This document shows positions 46,503-54,968 of a stretch of 64,000 nucleotides of DNA, piece after piece. Each line of letters begins with the position of its first letter. Positions within the stretch are counted from its first letter, which is position 1. Source of the DNA: Candidatus Velthaea sp. (GTDB lineage: Bacteria; Vulcanimicrobiota; Vulcanimicrobiia; Vulcanimicrobiales; Vulcanimicrobiaceae); assembly GCA_965214935.1 (NCBI GenBank), contig CBDCCS010000021.1:239089-303088 (forward strand), in the 5' to 3' direction. Below the pieces are notes generated by a model. That model was given only the letters and a program-made list of their open reading frames with translations. It was not told the origin of the DNA and ran no database searches. Position numbers and translations under genes: made by a program.

Positions 46503-47321
46503 ATGCAGCAAGACGCCACCGTTCGGACGACCTCCGGCGTAACGCGCCCGGCCGTCGTCGAAGCCCGCAACCTGCATGTCGTTTTCGGCGAGGGTGCGGC
46601 GCAGACCGTTGCGCTACGTGCCGTCGACCTAACGATTGAATCGGGCGAGTTTGTTTCGCTTATCGGTCCGTCCGGCTGCGGCAAAACGACGTTGCTGCGC
46701 GCATTCGCCGACCTCGAACACGCCAGTACCGGACACGTAACGATCAACGGGCTCAGCGCGCAAGAAGCACGCCGGCAACGTGCGTACGGCTACGTTTTTC
46801 AAGCACCCGCACTCTTTCAATGGCGCAACATCGAACGAAACGTGATGTTGCCGCTTGAAATCATGGGCGTGCCGCCGCCCGAACGCAGCGCGCGCGCAAA
46901 ACGTCAGCTCGAACTCGTCGGGCTCGGCGATGTCGGCCGGAAATTTCCGTGGCAGCTTTCGGGCGGGATGCAGCAGCGCGCATCGATCGCTCGCGCCCTG
47001 AGCTTCGAGCCGGCGCTGCTGCTGATGGACGAACCATTCGGAGCGCTCGATGAAATAACACGCGACGGCCTCAACGTCCATCTGCTCGATCTGTGGCGGC
47101 GTACCGCAATGACCGTCGTCTTCGTGACGCACTCGATCCCCGAAGCGGTCTATCTCTCAACGCGGATCGTGGTCATGTCGCCGCGTCCCGGGCGAATCAT
47201 CGACGTTGTCGATTGCAACCTCGGGCTGCAGCGCCCGCTGACGATTCGCGAAACGCCGGAATTCTTGCAGGTCGCGCAGCGCGTACGAACGGCGCTGCAG
47301 AGTGCGCACACGTATGACTGA
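46503..47321 (+). CDS. ABC transporter ATP-binding protein (NitT/TauT family)
   Basis: Walker A GPSGCGKTT, signature LSGGMQQRASIARAL, Walker B LLLMDEPFGALD, H-loop VTHS. Confidence 0.9.
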   Translation: MQQDATVRTTSGVTRPAVVEARNLHVVFGEGAAQTVALRAVDLTIESGEFVSLIGPSGCGKTTLLRAFADLEHASTGHVTINGLSAQEARRQRAYGYVFQAPALFQWRNIERNVMLPLEIMGVPPPERSARAKRQLELVGLGDVGRKFPWQLSGGMQQRASIARALSFEPALLLMDEPFGALDEITRDGLNVHLLDLWRRTAMTVVFVTHSIPEAVYLSTRIVVMSPRPGRIIDVVDCNLGLQRPLTIRETPEFLQVAQRVRTALQSAHTYD

Positions 47322-48180
47322 CGGCTTGCGACGCTGCGTGCCGGTCGGCATCGTGTTAGTCGCGGTCGTTGCGCTTTGGTACGCAGGCGCACTCTTGCTC
47401 AACGCATCTGCCGCGGCGGCGTTAGCCGGCGGACACACGGATGCGGTATCGTTCGCCCGCGCGGCATGGTCGCTGGAGCGGCCGCTTCTGCCGGCGCCGC
47501 ATCAAGTCGCTCGAAGCGTCATTGCCGGCGTGTTCGGTGCACCGCCGGATTCACCGCGCAGCTTAGTCTTCCACGCCGCAGTCACCGCGCAAACCGCCGT
47601 ACTCGGGCTGGCGATTGCACTCGTCGCCGGCATCGCGCTTGCAACGGGCATCGTGCAATCACGGGTCTTAGATCGCTCGCTGATGCCGTGGATCATTGCG
47701 AGCCAAGCCGTCCCGGTTCTCGCGATCGCGCCGATGGTCGTTGTCGTTTTGGGCAATATCGGCTTAAGCGGCTTACTGCCGAAGGCGCTCATTGCGGGCT
47801 GGCTGAGTTTCTTTCCGATCGCGACGGCGATGGTGACCGGGCTGCGTTCGCCCGATCGAATGCAGCTCGATTTATTGCGCACCTATCATGCCGGCCGCCG
47901 CGATATCTTCGTAAAGCTGCGCTGGCCTGCGTCGATCGCATTTCTTTTTACCGGCATCAAGGTTGCCGTTACGCTCGCGCTCGTCGGAGCGATCGTGGCA
48001 GAACTACCGACCGGCGCAGAAGCCGGTCTTGGTGCGCGCCTGCTTGCGGGTTCCTATTACGGCCAAACATTGCAGATTTGGGCCGCGCTCATGATGGCCG
48101 CGATCCTGACGTTGTGCGCCGTAGCCGTTACCGATGCCATACAGAAACTACTCGTTGCACGCCGCGGCGGGCGGCTTTGA
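47314..48180 (+). CDS. ABC transporter permease (NitT/TauT family)
   Basis: About 6 TM helices and a binding-protein-dependent transport signature region (...LRSPDRMQLDLLRTYHAGRRDIFVKLRWPAS). GTG 47302 is an alternative start. Confidence 0.85.
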   Translation: MTDGLRRCVPVGIVLVAVVALWYAGALLLNASAAAALAGGHTDAVSFARAAWSLERPLLPAPHQVARSVIAGVFGAPPDSPRSLVFHAAVTAQTAVLGLAIALVAGIALATGIVQSRVLDRSLMPWIIASQAVPVLAIAPMVVVVLGNIGLSGLLPKALIAGWLSFFPIATAMVTGLRSPDRMQLDLLRTYHAGRRDIFVKLRWPASIAFLFTGIKVAVTLALVGAIVAELPTGAEAGLGARLLAGSYYGQTLQIWAALMMAAILTLCAVAVTDAIQKLLVARRGGRL

Positions 48181-48199
48181 AGGCAGCCCTGCGCCGCCC

Positions 48200-49102
48200 A
48201 TGATCCCCGGCGCTCTCGTACTCTTGAGTTCAGTGTTTATCGGCGGCGCTGCTATCGTCGCACTTGCGCGGCGCACCGGCCCGGTGTCCTTCGTCGTCAC
48301 GCCGCTGCTGTTCGGCGCGCTGCTGTTATGGTGCTGGCAAATAGCGTGCGTCGGCTTTCACATTCCCGCCGTTTTACTGCCTGCTCCCAGCGCAATTGCA
48401 ATTGCGTTCGCAACGCACGTTCCGCTATTATGGGCCGATTTCGTGCAGACGGTCGTTCGGGCGGTCGTTCCGGGTTACGTCATCGGCTGCGCATCGGGAT
48501 ATCTGGTGGCCGTCGCGCTGGACCGCTCGGCCTTTCTACGACGCGGTGTCTTACCCGTCGCCGGGCTTGTCGGCGCAATGCCGATCGTCGGCATCGCGCC
48601 GATCATGGTCATGTGGTTCGGCTTCGACTGGCCCTCGAAGGCGGCGGTCGCCGCAGTAATGACGTTTTTCCCAATGCTGATCAACACCGTCGCCGGCCTG
48701 GGCGCAAGCGGCATCATGGAGCGCGATTTGATGCGCTCGTACGGAGCCACGTATTTGCAGACATTGCTCAAGCTTCGGTTACCGGCAGCACTGCCGTTTG
48801 TCTTTAACGCGCTGAAGCTTAATTTCTCTCTCGCGCTGATCGGCGCGATCGTTGCCGAGTTTTTCGGTACACCGATTGTCGGCATGGGATTTCGTATTTC
48901 AACCGAAGCGGCGCGACTCGACCTCGACCTCGTCTGGGCGGAAATTGCACTCGCCGCCGTGACCGGCGCGGGATGTTTTGCCGCCATCGTTTTGCTCGAA
49001 CGCGCGATTTTGTTTTGGCATCCGTCATTCATGCGCACTGCACTGGAAAACGTTCGTCGGAGAAGCACCCCAACGTTCGTAGGAGAAGCACCACAACAAT
49101 GA
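48200..49102 (+). CDS. ABC transporter permease (NitT/TauT family), second subunit
   Basis: 300 aa from ATG 48200. Region ERDLMRSYGATYLQTLLKLRLPAALPFVFNALKL. Confidence 0.85.
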   Translation: MIPGALVLLSSVFIGGAAIVALARRTGPVSFVVTPLLFGALLLWCWQIACVGFHIPAVLLPAPSAIAIAFATHVPLLWADFVQTVVRAVVPGYVIGCASGYLVAVALDRSAFLRRGVLPVAGLVGAMPIVGIAPIMVMWFGFDWPSKAAVAAVMTFFPMLINTVAGLGASGIMERDLMRSYGATYLQTLLKLRLPAALPFVFNALKLNFSLALIGAIVAEFFGTPIVGMGFRISTEAARLDLDLVWAEIALAAVTGAGCFAAIVLLERAILFWHPSFMRTALENVRRRSTPTFVGEAPQQ

Positions 49103-50097
49103 AGAAATTTTTGCTCGGAATTGCATGCGTCTTCGCTTCGACGTGGAGTTGCGCACAAGCCGCCGACCACGTGACGATTCAACTCAAGTGGGTCGCGCAG
49201 GCGCAATTCGCCGGATATTATGTCGCGCAAGCCAAGGGCTTCTATAAAGCGGCCAATCTCGACGTTACGATCAAGCCGGGCGGTCCCGATATCAACCCGT
49301 CTCAAGTCATGGCCGGCGGGGGCGCCGACGTCGACGTCGACTGGATGCCGTCTGCGCTGGCGGCGCGCGAAAAAGGCGTGCCGCTCGTCAACATCGCGCA
49401 AGTGTTTCAGAAATCCGGCATGGAACTGACGTGCCGAAACGACAGCGGCGTCAAATCACCCGCCGACTTCAAAGGCAAAACCCTCGGGGTTTGGTTTTCC
49501 GGCAACGAGTATCCATTTTTGGCCTGGATGAGCAAGCTTAACGATCCGACCACGGGCGGAGCGGACGGCGTGAACGTGCTCAAGCAGGGTTTCAACGTCG
49601 ATCCGCTCTTGCAAAAACAAGCCGCCTGCATTTCGACGATGACCTACAACGAGTACTGGCAACTCATCGAAGCGGGGATGAAGCCCGAGCAACTAACGGT
49701 TTTCAAGTACGAAAACCAAGGCGTTGCTACGCTCGAAGACGGCCTGTATACAACGGAATCGGAATTGAAAGACCCGGCGTCCGCCGACAAACTGGCGCGC
49801 TTCGTCAAAGCATCGATGCAAGGCTGGCAATATGCCATCGCCCATCAAGATGAAGCCGTAAAAATTGTTTTGGCCAACGATACCGCGGGCTCGCAAACAG
49901 CCGAACATCAAACGCGCATGATGTCCGAAATCGCCAAACTCGTGGCAGGCAGCGGACACGGGATCGGCTACCTGGACGACGCCGCCGCCAATCGTACGGT
50001 GCAGGTGCTCATGGCCGGCAAGAGCGAGCCGGTCATTACGAAGAAACCAGCCGGTGCCTGGACTCATGCTATTTGGGACAAGGCCGAACGCACGTAG
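49099..50097 (+). CDS. ABC transporter substrate-binding protein (NMT1/THI5-like)
   Basis: ATG 49099 overlaps the upstream stop (ATGA). Signal peptide MKKFLLGIACVFASTWSCAQA, then VTIQLKWVAQAQFAGYYVAQAKGFYK, typical of the NMT1/THI5-like SBP fold. Confidence 0.85.
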   Translation: MKKFLLGIACVFASTWSCAQAADHVTIQLKWVAQAQFAGYYVAQAKGFYKAANLDVTIKPGGPDINPSQVMAGGGADVDVDWMPSALAAREKGVPLVNIAQVFQKSGMELTCRNDSGVKSPADFKGKTLGVWFSGNEYPFLAWMSKLNDPTTGGADGVNVLKQGFNVDPLLQKQAACISTMTYNEYWQLIEAGMKPEQLTVFKYENQGVATLEDGLYTTESELKDPASADKLARFVKASMQGWQYAIAHQDEAVKIVLANDTAGSQTAEHQTRMMSEIAKLVAGSGHGIGYLDDAAANRTVQVLMAGKSEPVITKKPAGAWTHAIWDKAERT

Positions 50098-50162
50098 TTT
50101 CAATCGAGGGTTGTGCCGTCGCGCGGCGGGCGCCGGGGCAGCGCTGACATGCAAGTGCACCC

Positions 50163-50573
50163 GTGACCGAGCGGCACCTCGGCGTCTGGAGTTTGCAGCG
50201 CTCGATTGTCGATCTGCAAACCGGCGCGACGTTCGCTTGCCGCGGTCAAGCTTGTTTGATTCGCGATGCCGGCGAGCTGCGCTACGACGAAGCCGTGATC
50301 CTCACGCTCAACGGAGCTGAAGTAAAAGCAACGCAGACCTACCGCTATCGCCGAAGCGGTGCACGGATCACCGCGCGCTTTGCCGACGGCCGAATGTTTT
50401 TTGTTACGACGCTGGCGCCGGATGGATCGGCAACAGCGCTGCACTATTGCGCGCAGGACGTCTACGTTGGAACGTTCGCATTAAGCGACGATCGCTGGGC
50501 CGCTCATTGGGCAGTCAGCGGGACGAAGTCGCTGCACATTCATACCGCTTACACGCGCGGCGAAATCACATAG
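50163..50573 (+). CDS. Hypothetical protein, DUF6314-like
   Basis: 136 aa with a GTG start. Pattern W-x-L-x-R-x-I ... F-x-G-x-A ... YDE ... Y-x-Y ... V-x-F-x-DGR-x-F ... H-x-C-x-x-D-x-Y-x-G resembles DUF6314. This is a by-eye call. Confidence 0.45.
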   Translation: MTERHLGVWSLQRSIVDLQTGATFACRGQACLIRDAGELRYDEAVILTLNGAEVKATQTYRYRRSGARITARFADGRMFFVTTLAPDGSATALHYCAQDVYVGTFALSDDRWAAHWAVSGTKSLHIHTAYTRGEIT

Positions 50574-50576
50574 CGG

Positions 50577-51470
50577 TCACACCTCGACCATCGCGCCGTA
50601 CGTTTCAGGACGCCGGTCACGATAAAATTGCCACGTGTTGCGGACCTCGGTGATAATCGAGCGATCCATCTCACCGATCACCACTTCGTCGCGATCGCGG
50701 GTCGCGGTTGCAACGAATTGTCCGCGCGGATCGACTAAATACGATTGCCCGTAAAATTCGCCCATATTCCACGGACCCTCGAAGCCGACCCGATTGATCG
50801 CGCCGACATAGTAGCCGTTCGCCACGGCGTGTGCGGGTTGTTCGAGCTTCCACAAGTATTCCGATAGCCCGGCGACGGTCGCACTCGGGTTAAAGACGAT
50901 TTCGGCGCCCGCGAGACCGAGCATCCGCGCGCCTTCGGGAAAATGCCGATCGTAACAAATGTATACGCCGACCTTGGCAAACCGGGTTGCAAAAACAGGA
51001 TAACCACTGTTGCCCGGTTTGAAATAATACTTCTCCCAGAAACCGCAGCCTTGCGGCCCGGCGGCGACTTGGGGGATGTGATGCTTGCGATAGCGGCCGA
51101 GAAACGTGCCGTCGGCATCGATCACCGCGGCGGTGTTATAGTACACCCCAGCGATGGTCACCTCGTAGATCGGCACGATCAATACGACGGCGAGTTCACG
51201 CGCTAGATCTTGCATCGAGCGCGTCGTCGGACCGTCGGGTATTTGCTCGGTTGCCGCATACCATTTCGGATTCTGTTCGGTGCAAAAATACGGCCCGTAG
51301 AACAACTCTTGGAGGCAGATAATTTGCGCACCGCGCGAAGCGGCTTCGCGGATGAGACCCACGTGTTTTTCTATCGCGCGCGCTTTATGCACCTCGACGG
51401 GCTGCGAACCGTCGGTCTCGTGATGCGTCTGAACCAGGCCGATACGCACCACATCGCTCGCAGCACTCAT
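50577..51470 (-). CDS. Carbon-nitrogen hydrolase: N-carbamoyl-amino-acid amidohydrolase / beta-ureidopropionase type
   Basis: 297 aa nitrilase-superfamily protein (IICLQELF, catalytic-Cys context VGVYICYDRHFPE). ATGA overlap with the dihydropyrimidinase gene. Confidence 0.85.
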   Translation of the reverse strand: MSAASDVVRIGLVQTHHETDGSQPVEVHKARAIEKHVGLIREAASRGAQIICLQELFYGPYFCTEQNPKWYAATEQIPDGPTTRSMQDLARELAVVLIVPIYEVTIAGVYYNTAAVIDADGTFLGRYRKHHIPQVAAGPQGCGFWEKYYFKPGNSGYPVFATRFAKVGVYICYDRHFPEGARMLGLAGAEIVFNPSATVAGLSEYLWKLEQPAHAVANGYYVGAINRVGFEGPWNMGEFYGQSYLVDPRGQFVATATRDRDEVVIGEMDRSIITEVRNTWQFYRDRRPETYGAMVEV

Positions 51471-52870
51471 AGGGCCACCGGAAAAAACGGCTGTGATTTG
51501 ACGAACGCGCCGGCACCGATCTCGCCGCTAAATTTCGCTTCTTGTACGATCGCGCGTCCGCGCGAGAATACGTGGCGAGCTTGTCCCTTCACGTGTAGTC
51601 CTTCAAAGATGTTGTTATCGACATTCATGTGATGGCTTGCGGCCGAGATCGTGCGTTCGATTGCCGGATCCCAAATGACGATATCGGCGTCCGAGCCGAT
51701 CGCTATCGTTCCTTTGCGCGGAAACAGACCGAACAACTTCGCGGCATTGGTCGACACGAGTGATACAAAATGATTGATTCCGATAACGCCGGCATTGAAT
51801 CCGTAATGCCAGAGAATCGAGAACCGGTCTTCGATCGTCGGCGCACCGTTCGGAATTTTTGAAAAGTCGTTCTTGCCCAGCTCTTTTTGTCCGCAATTAT
51901 TGAACGAGCAATGATCCGAACCGAACGTCTGCAGCTCGAAGTTTTTGAGTTTGCGCAAGAGCACGTCTTGATTCCATTTCGGGCGTAACGGCGGCGACAT
52001 CACGTAATTTGCACCGGCGAAATCCGGCCGCGCGTAATCTTCTTCCGAACAGACGAGATATTGCGGGCATGTCTCGCCGTAGATCGGCAGACCGCGTTTG
52101 CGGCCGTCACTGATCGCATCGGCGGCCATCGCACTCGACACGTGTACGACGTACAGCGGCGCGCCGGCAACTTCGGCCAGCCGGATCGCGCGGTGCGTCG
52201 CTTCGCCTTCGAGTTCGACGGGCCGGGTCAGAGCGTGCCAAAGCGGCTCGGTGTGCCCCTCCGCAAGCGCGTCTTTGGTGGTCACCTCGATGACGTCGCC
52301 GTTCTCGGCGTGAACTTGCACGAGACCGCCGAACTTCTTGGCGGCCTTGAGCACCTTGAAAATCGTTTCATCATCGACTTGCAGGATGTGTTTGTAGGCC
52401 ATAAAGACCTTGAAAGAATTCACGCCCTCTTGCCCGATCATCGTCTCGATTTCGGCGATCGTCTCGTCGCGGCCGTCGGCGATCGTCAGATGAAAGGCAT
52501 AGTCGATGGCCGCTTTTCCGGCAGCTTTCTTCTTCCAGATCGCGAGTGTATTGGCGAGCGAGTCGCCCTTGGTATGCATCGCGAAATCGACGATCGCAGT
52601 GGTGCCGCCCAAGGCCGCGGCGACCGTGCCGGTTGCAAAATCGTCGGCGGTTACCGTGCCGCCGAACGGCATGTCGAGATGCGTGTGCGGATCGATTCCA
52701 CCGGGGAAAACATAGCATCCGACGGCATCGACCGTCGTATGCTGCGTCGCATCGAGCGCATTGCCGAGCGCGGTGATCTTGCCGTCTTCCATCAAGACGT
52801 CCGCGTGCATAACGTCGGTCGCGGTAACGATGGTACCGCCGCGAATCATAGTTCCGATAAGCGCCCCCAA
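51467..52870 (-). CDS. Dihydropyrimidinase / D-hydantoinase
   Basis: MIRGGTIVTA...DVLMEDGKI, metal-binding GGIDPHTHLDMPFGG, carboxylated-Lys context SFKVFMAYK. ATG 52849 is the likelier start. Confidence 0.9.
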   Translation of the reverse strand: MGALIGTMIRGGTIVTATDVMHADVLMEDGKITALGNALDATQHTTVDAVGCYVFPGGIDPHTHLDMPFGGTVTADDFATGTVAAALGGTTAIVDFAMHTKGDSLANTLAIWKKKAAGKAAIDYAFHLTIADGRDETIAEIETMIGQEGVNSFKVFMAYKHILQVDDETIFKVLKAAKKFGGLVQVHAENGDVIEVTTKDALAEGHTEPLWHALTRPVELEGEATHRAIRLAEVAGAPLYVVHVSSAMAADAISDGRKRGLPIYGETCPQYLVCSEEDYARPDFAGANYVMSPPLRPKWNQDVLLRKLKNFELQTFGSDHCSFNNCGQKELGKNDFSKIPNGAPTIEDRFSILWHYGFNAGVIGINHFVSLVSTNAAKLFGLFPRKGTIAIGSDADIVIWDPAIERTISAASHHMNVDNNIFEGLHVKGQARHVFSRGRAIVQEAKFSGEIGAGAFVKSQPFFPVAL

Positions 52871-52902
52871 AAAGTGTCGCGCCGATTCCGGCGCCCTGAC
52901 CG

Positions 52903-53229
52903 CTAGGCGGGTCGAACGGAGGTTTGCAGCAACGTCCCGCTAGCGCTCACGACTTCGGCACGCAGCCGGTTTGCATACAGTTCGGCAATCTCGAGATTTG
53001 TCGTCGCGACGATCCCGCTGCCGAAGAAATCAACTTCTTTGGCTTTAAGTTCCGCGTCACGCGCACCGCAGCCGACGATGCGCATCAATCCGAAAATCAC
53101 GTCATCGAAGGTATGACAGCTGCAATTATGCACGACCGTATGGTAAAGCGGCATCGGCTCCGGCCGGATCTTCATTGCCTCGAGCGTGCGTGTTTTTATC
53201 GACACGCGTTTTTCTTTTCTCAGTTCCAT
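52903..53229 (-). CDS. Divergent ClpS-like (Clp protease adaptor fold) protein
   Basis: [63 protein letters not shown] aligns by eye with the ClpS core ([27 protein letters not shown]...[22 protein letters not shown]). ATG 53175 is an alternative start. Confidence 0.55.
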   Translation of the reverse strand: MELRKEKRVSIKTRTLEAMKIRPEPMPLYHTVVHNCSCHTFDDVIFGLMRIVGCGARDAELKAKEVDFFGSGIVATTNLEIAELYANRLRAEVVSASGTLLQTSVRPA

Positions 53230-53701
53230 GAATGAGACCTGGAATCGCGCGTCTCAAATGCGAGCAGCGCCGCGCGCATCGAGCCCGGCGGAGCGCCCTT
53301 GATCTTGCCGTCGGCGCCGACGACCCGATGGGCCGGAATGAACAACGCAAACGGCGCGCTTGCCATCGCTCGGGCGACGCCGCGGTGAGCCATCGGACGA
53401 TCGACGGCGCGGGCGACCTCAGCGTACGAAACACGCACACCGAACGGATCGTCACCACAGCGCTCCAGACCGCAAGCTCGAACGGCGACCCGGCCAACGA
53501 CAACGGGAGATCGAAGACCGCAAGCTGCTTGCGCATGTACGCGTTAAGTTGGCGTAGCGTTTCTCGCATGAGTGCCGAGCGCGCTTCGGCACAGCCGTCA
53601 CCGGCGACGGTGCAATCGACCCACGAACTTGCGGTGATCCGATCGGCTGCAAATTCGACGGCCAACGATTTGCCGAACGGCGTCGGCGCGACGACGCGCA
53701 T
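53220..53701 (-). CDS. Methylguanine-DNA methyltransferase-fold protein with Cys-to-Ala active site (ATL-like) and an apparent single-base frameshift
   Basis: N-terminal part in one frame ([17 protein letters not shown] ... [14 protein letters not shown]). The C-terminal part, (PFG)[44 protein letters not shown], lies in another frame. The frames join at CC 53446-47. PAHRV replaces the canonical PCHRV. Confidence 0.65.
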
Positions 53702-53708
53702 GGCGGCG

Positions 53709-54968
53709 TCAGAGTGCCGCCGGCGTCAGACTTCGGTCGCGCCACGTCGTGGCATGACTGCCGTCGTCGACGCGTACCATTGTAATGCAATCTTCGACCG
53801 GGCAAACCATCTGACAGAGATTGCAACCGACGCAGTGTTCGCCGTCGACGACCAGCGTCGTCGAGCCGGCCGGATCGCGCAGCCGGTCGATGCATTGGTG
53901 CGCCGCATCCTCACACGCGATGAAACATTTATTACAACTGATGCATAGCGCCGGATCGATACTCGCAACGACACGATAGTCGAGATTCAAGTCGTTCCAG
54001 CTGCCGAATTGCGGCACGCTCTTGCCGACGAGTTCACGCACCGAGTGCATGTTGCGCTCGTCCAAATAGTTCGATAGCCCGTCGATGAGATCTTCGACGA
54101 TACCGAAGCCGTGATGCATCACCGACGTGCAAACCTGCACGGTACTCGAACCCATGAGCATGAATTCGGCTGCGTCTTGCCAGGACGCGATTCCGCCGAT
54201 ACCGCTGATCGGGACGTTGACGTTGGGGTCGCCCGCGCAGTCGGCGACCATGTTGAGCGCGATCGGCTTGACGGCCGGACCGCAGTAGCCGCCGTGCGCT
54301 CCGCGTCCATCAACGTGCGGAATCGTATTCCACGATTGCAAATCGACACCGATCAGACTATTGATCGTATTGATCATGCTTACGGCATGCGCGCCGCCCC
54401 GTACGGCCGCACGAGCCGCAACGCGCACGTCCGTGATATTGGGCGTTAATTTAACGATCACCGGAACGCGCGCTACTTCGACGACCCAGCGCGTGCACAG
54501 CTCGATGAGCTCGGGGTCTTGACCGACAGCCGAACCCATGCCGCGTTCGGACATGCCGTGCGGGCAGCCGAAATTCAACTCGAAGCCGTCGATGGGCACC
54601 GCTTGAACGGCATGCACGAGTTCGTGCCAGCGCTCGCGCTTCATCTCCATCATCAGCGAGGCGACGATCGCGCGGTCGGGATACGCCGCTTTGCATTCGG
54701 CGATTTCGCGCAGATTGTCGGCGAGCGGACGATCGGTGATGAGCTCGATGTTGTTCATGCCCATCATGCGCGCGTTGCCGTAGCCGATCCCGGCAAAGCG
54801 CGACGTAACATTGACGATCGGATCGCCTAGAGTTTTCCAAACGGCTCCGCCCCAGCCGGCCTTGAACGCGCGCATAACTTGATAACCGCTATTGGTCGGC
54901 GGCGCCGAGGCAAGCCAAAACGGATTCGGCGAACGAATTCCGGCCAGATCGCTTGATAAATCAGCCAT
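53709..54968 (-). CDS. preA: NAD-dependent dihydropyrimidine dehydrogenase subunit PreA
   Basis: 419 aa from ATG 54968. DHODH-like FMN domain (NPFWLASAPPTNSGYQV ... ELNFGCPHGM) and C-terminal 2x[4Fe-4S] motifs (CISCNKCFIACEDA; CVGCNLCQMVCPVEDC). Confidence 0.9.
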   Translation of the reverse strand: MADLSSDLAGIRSPNPFWLASAPPTNSGYQVMRAFKAGWGGAVWKTLGDPIVNVTSRFAGIGYGNARMMGMNNIELITDRPLADNLREIAECKAAYPDRAIVASLMMEMKRERWHELVHAVQAVPIDGFELNFGCPHGMSERGMGSAVGQDPELIELCTRWVVEVARVPVIVKLTPNITDVRVAARAAVRGGAHAVSMINTINSLIGVDLQSWNTIPHVDGRGAHGGYCGPAVKPIALNMVADCAGDPNVNVPISGIGGIASWQDAAEFMLMGSSTVQVCTSVMHHGFGIVEDLIDGLSNYLDERNMHSVRELVGKSVPQFGSWNDLNLDYRVVASIDPALCISCNKCFIACEDAAHQCIDRLRDPAGSTTLVVDGEHCVGCNLCQMVCPVEDCITMVRVDDGSHATTWRDRSLTPAAL

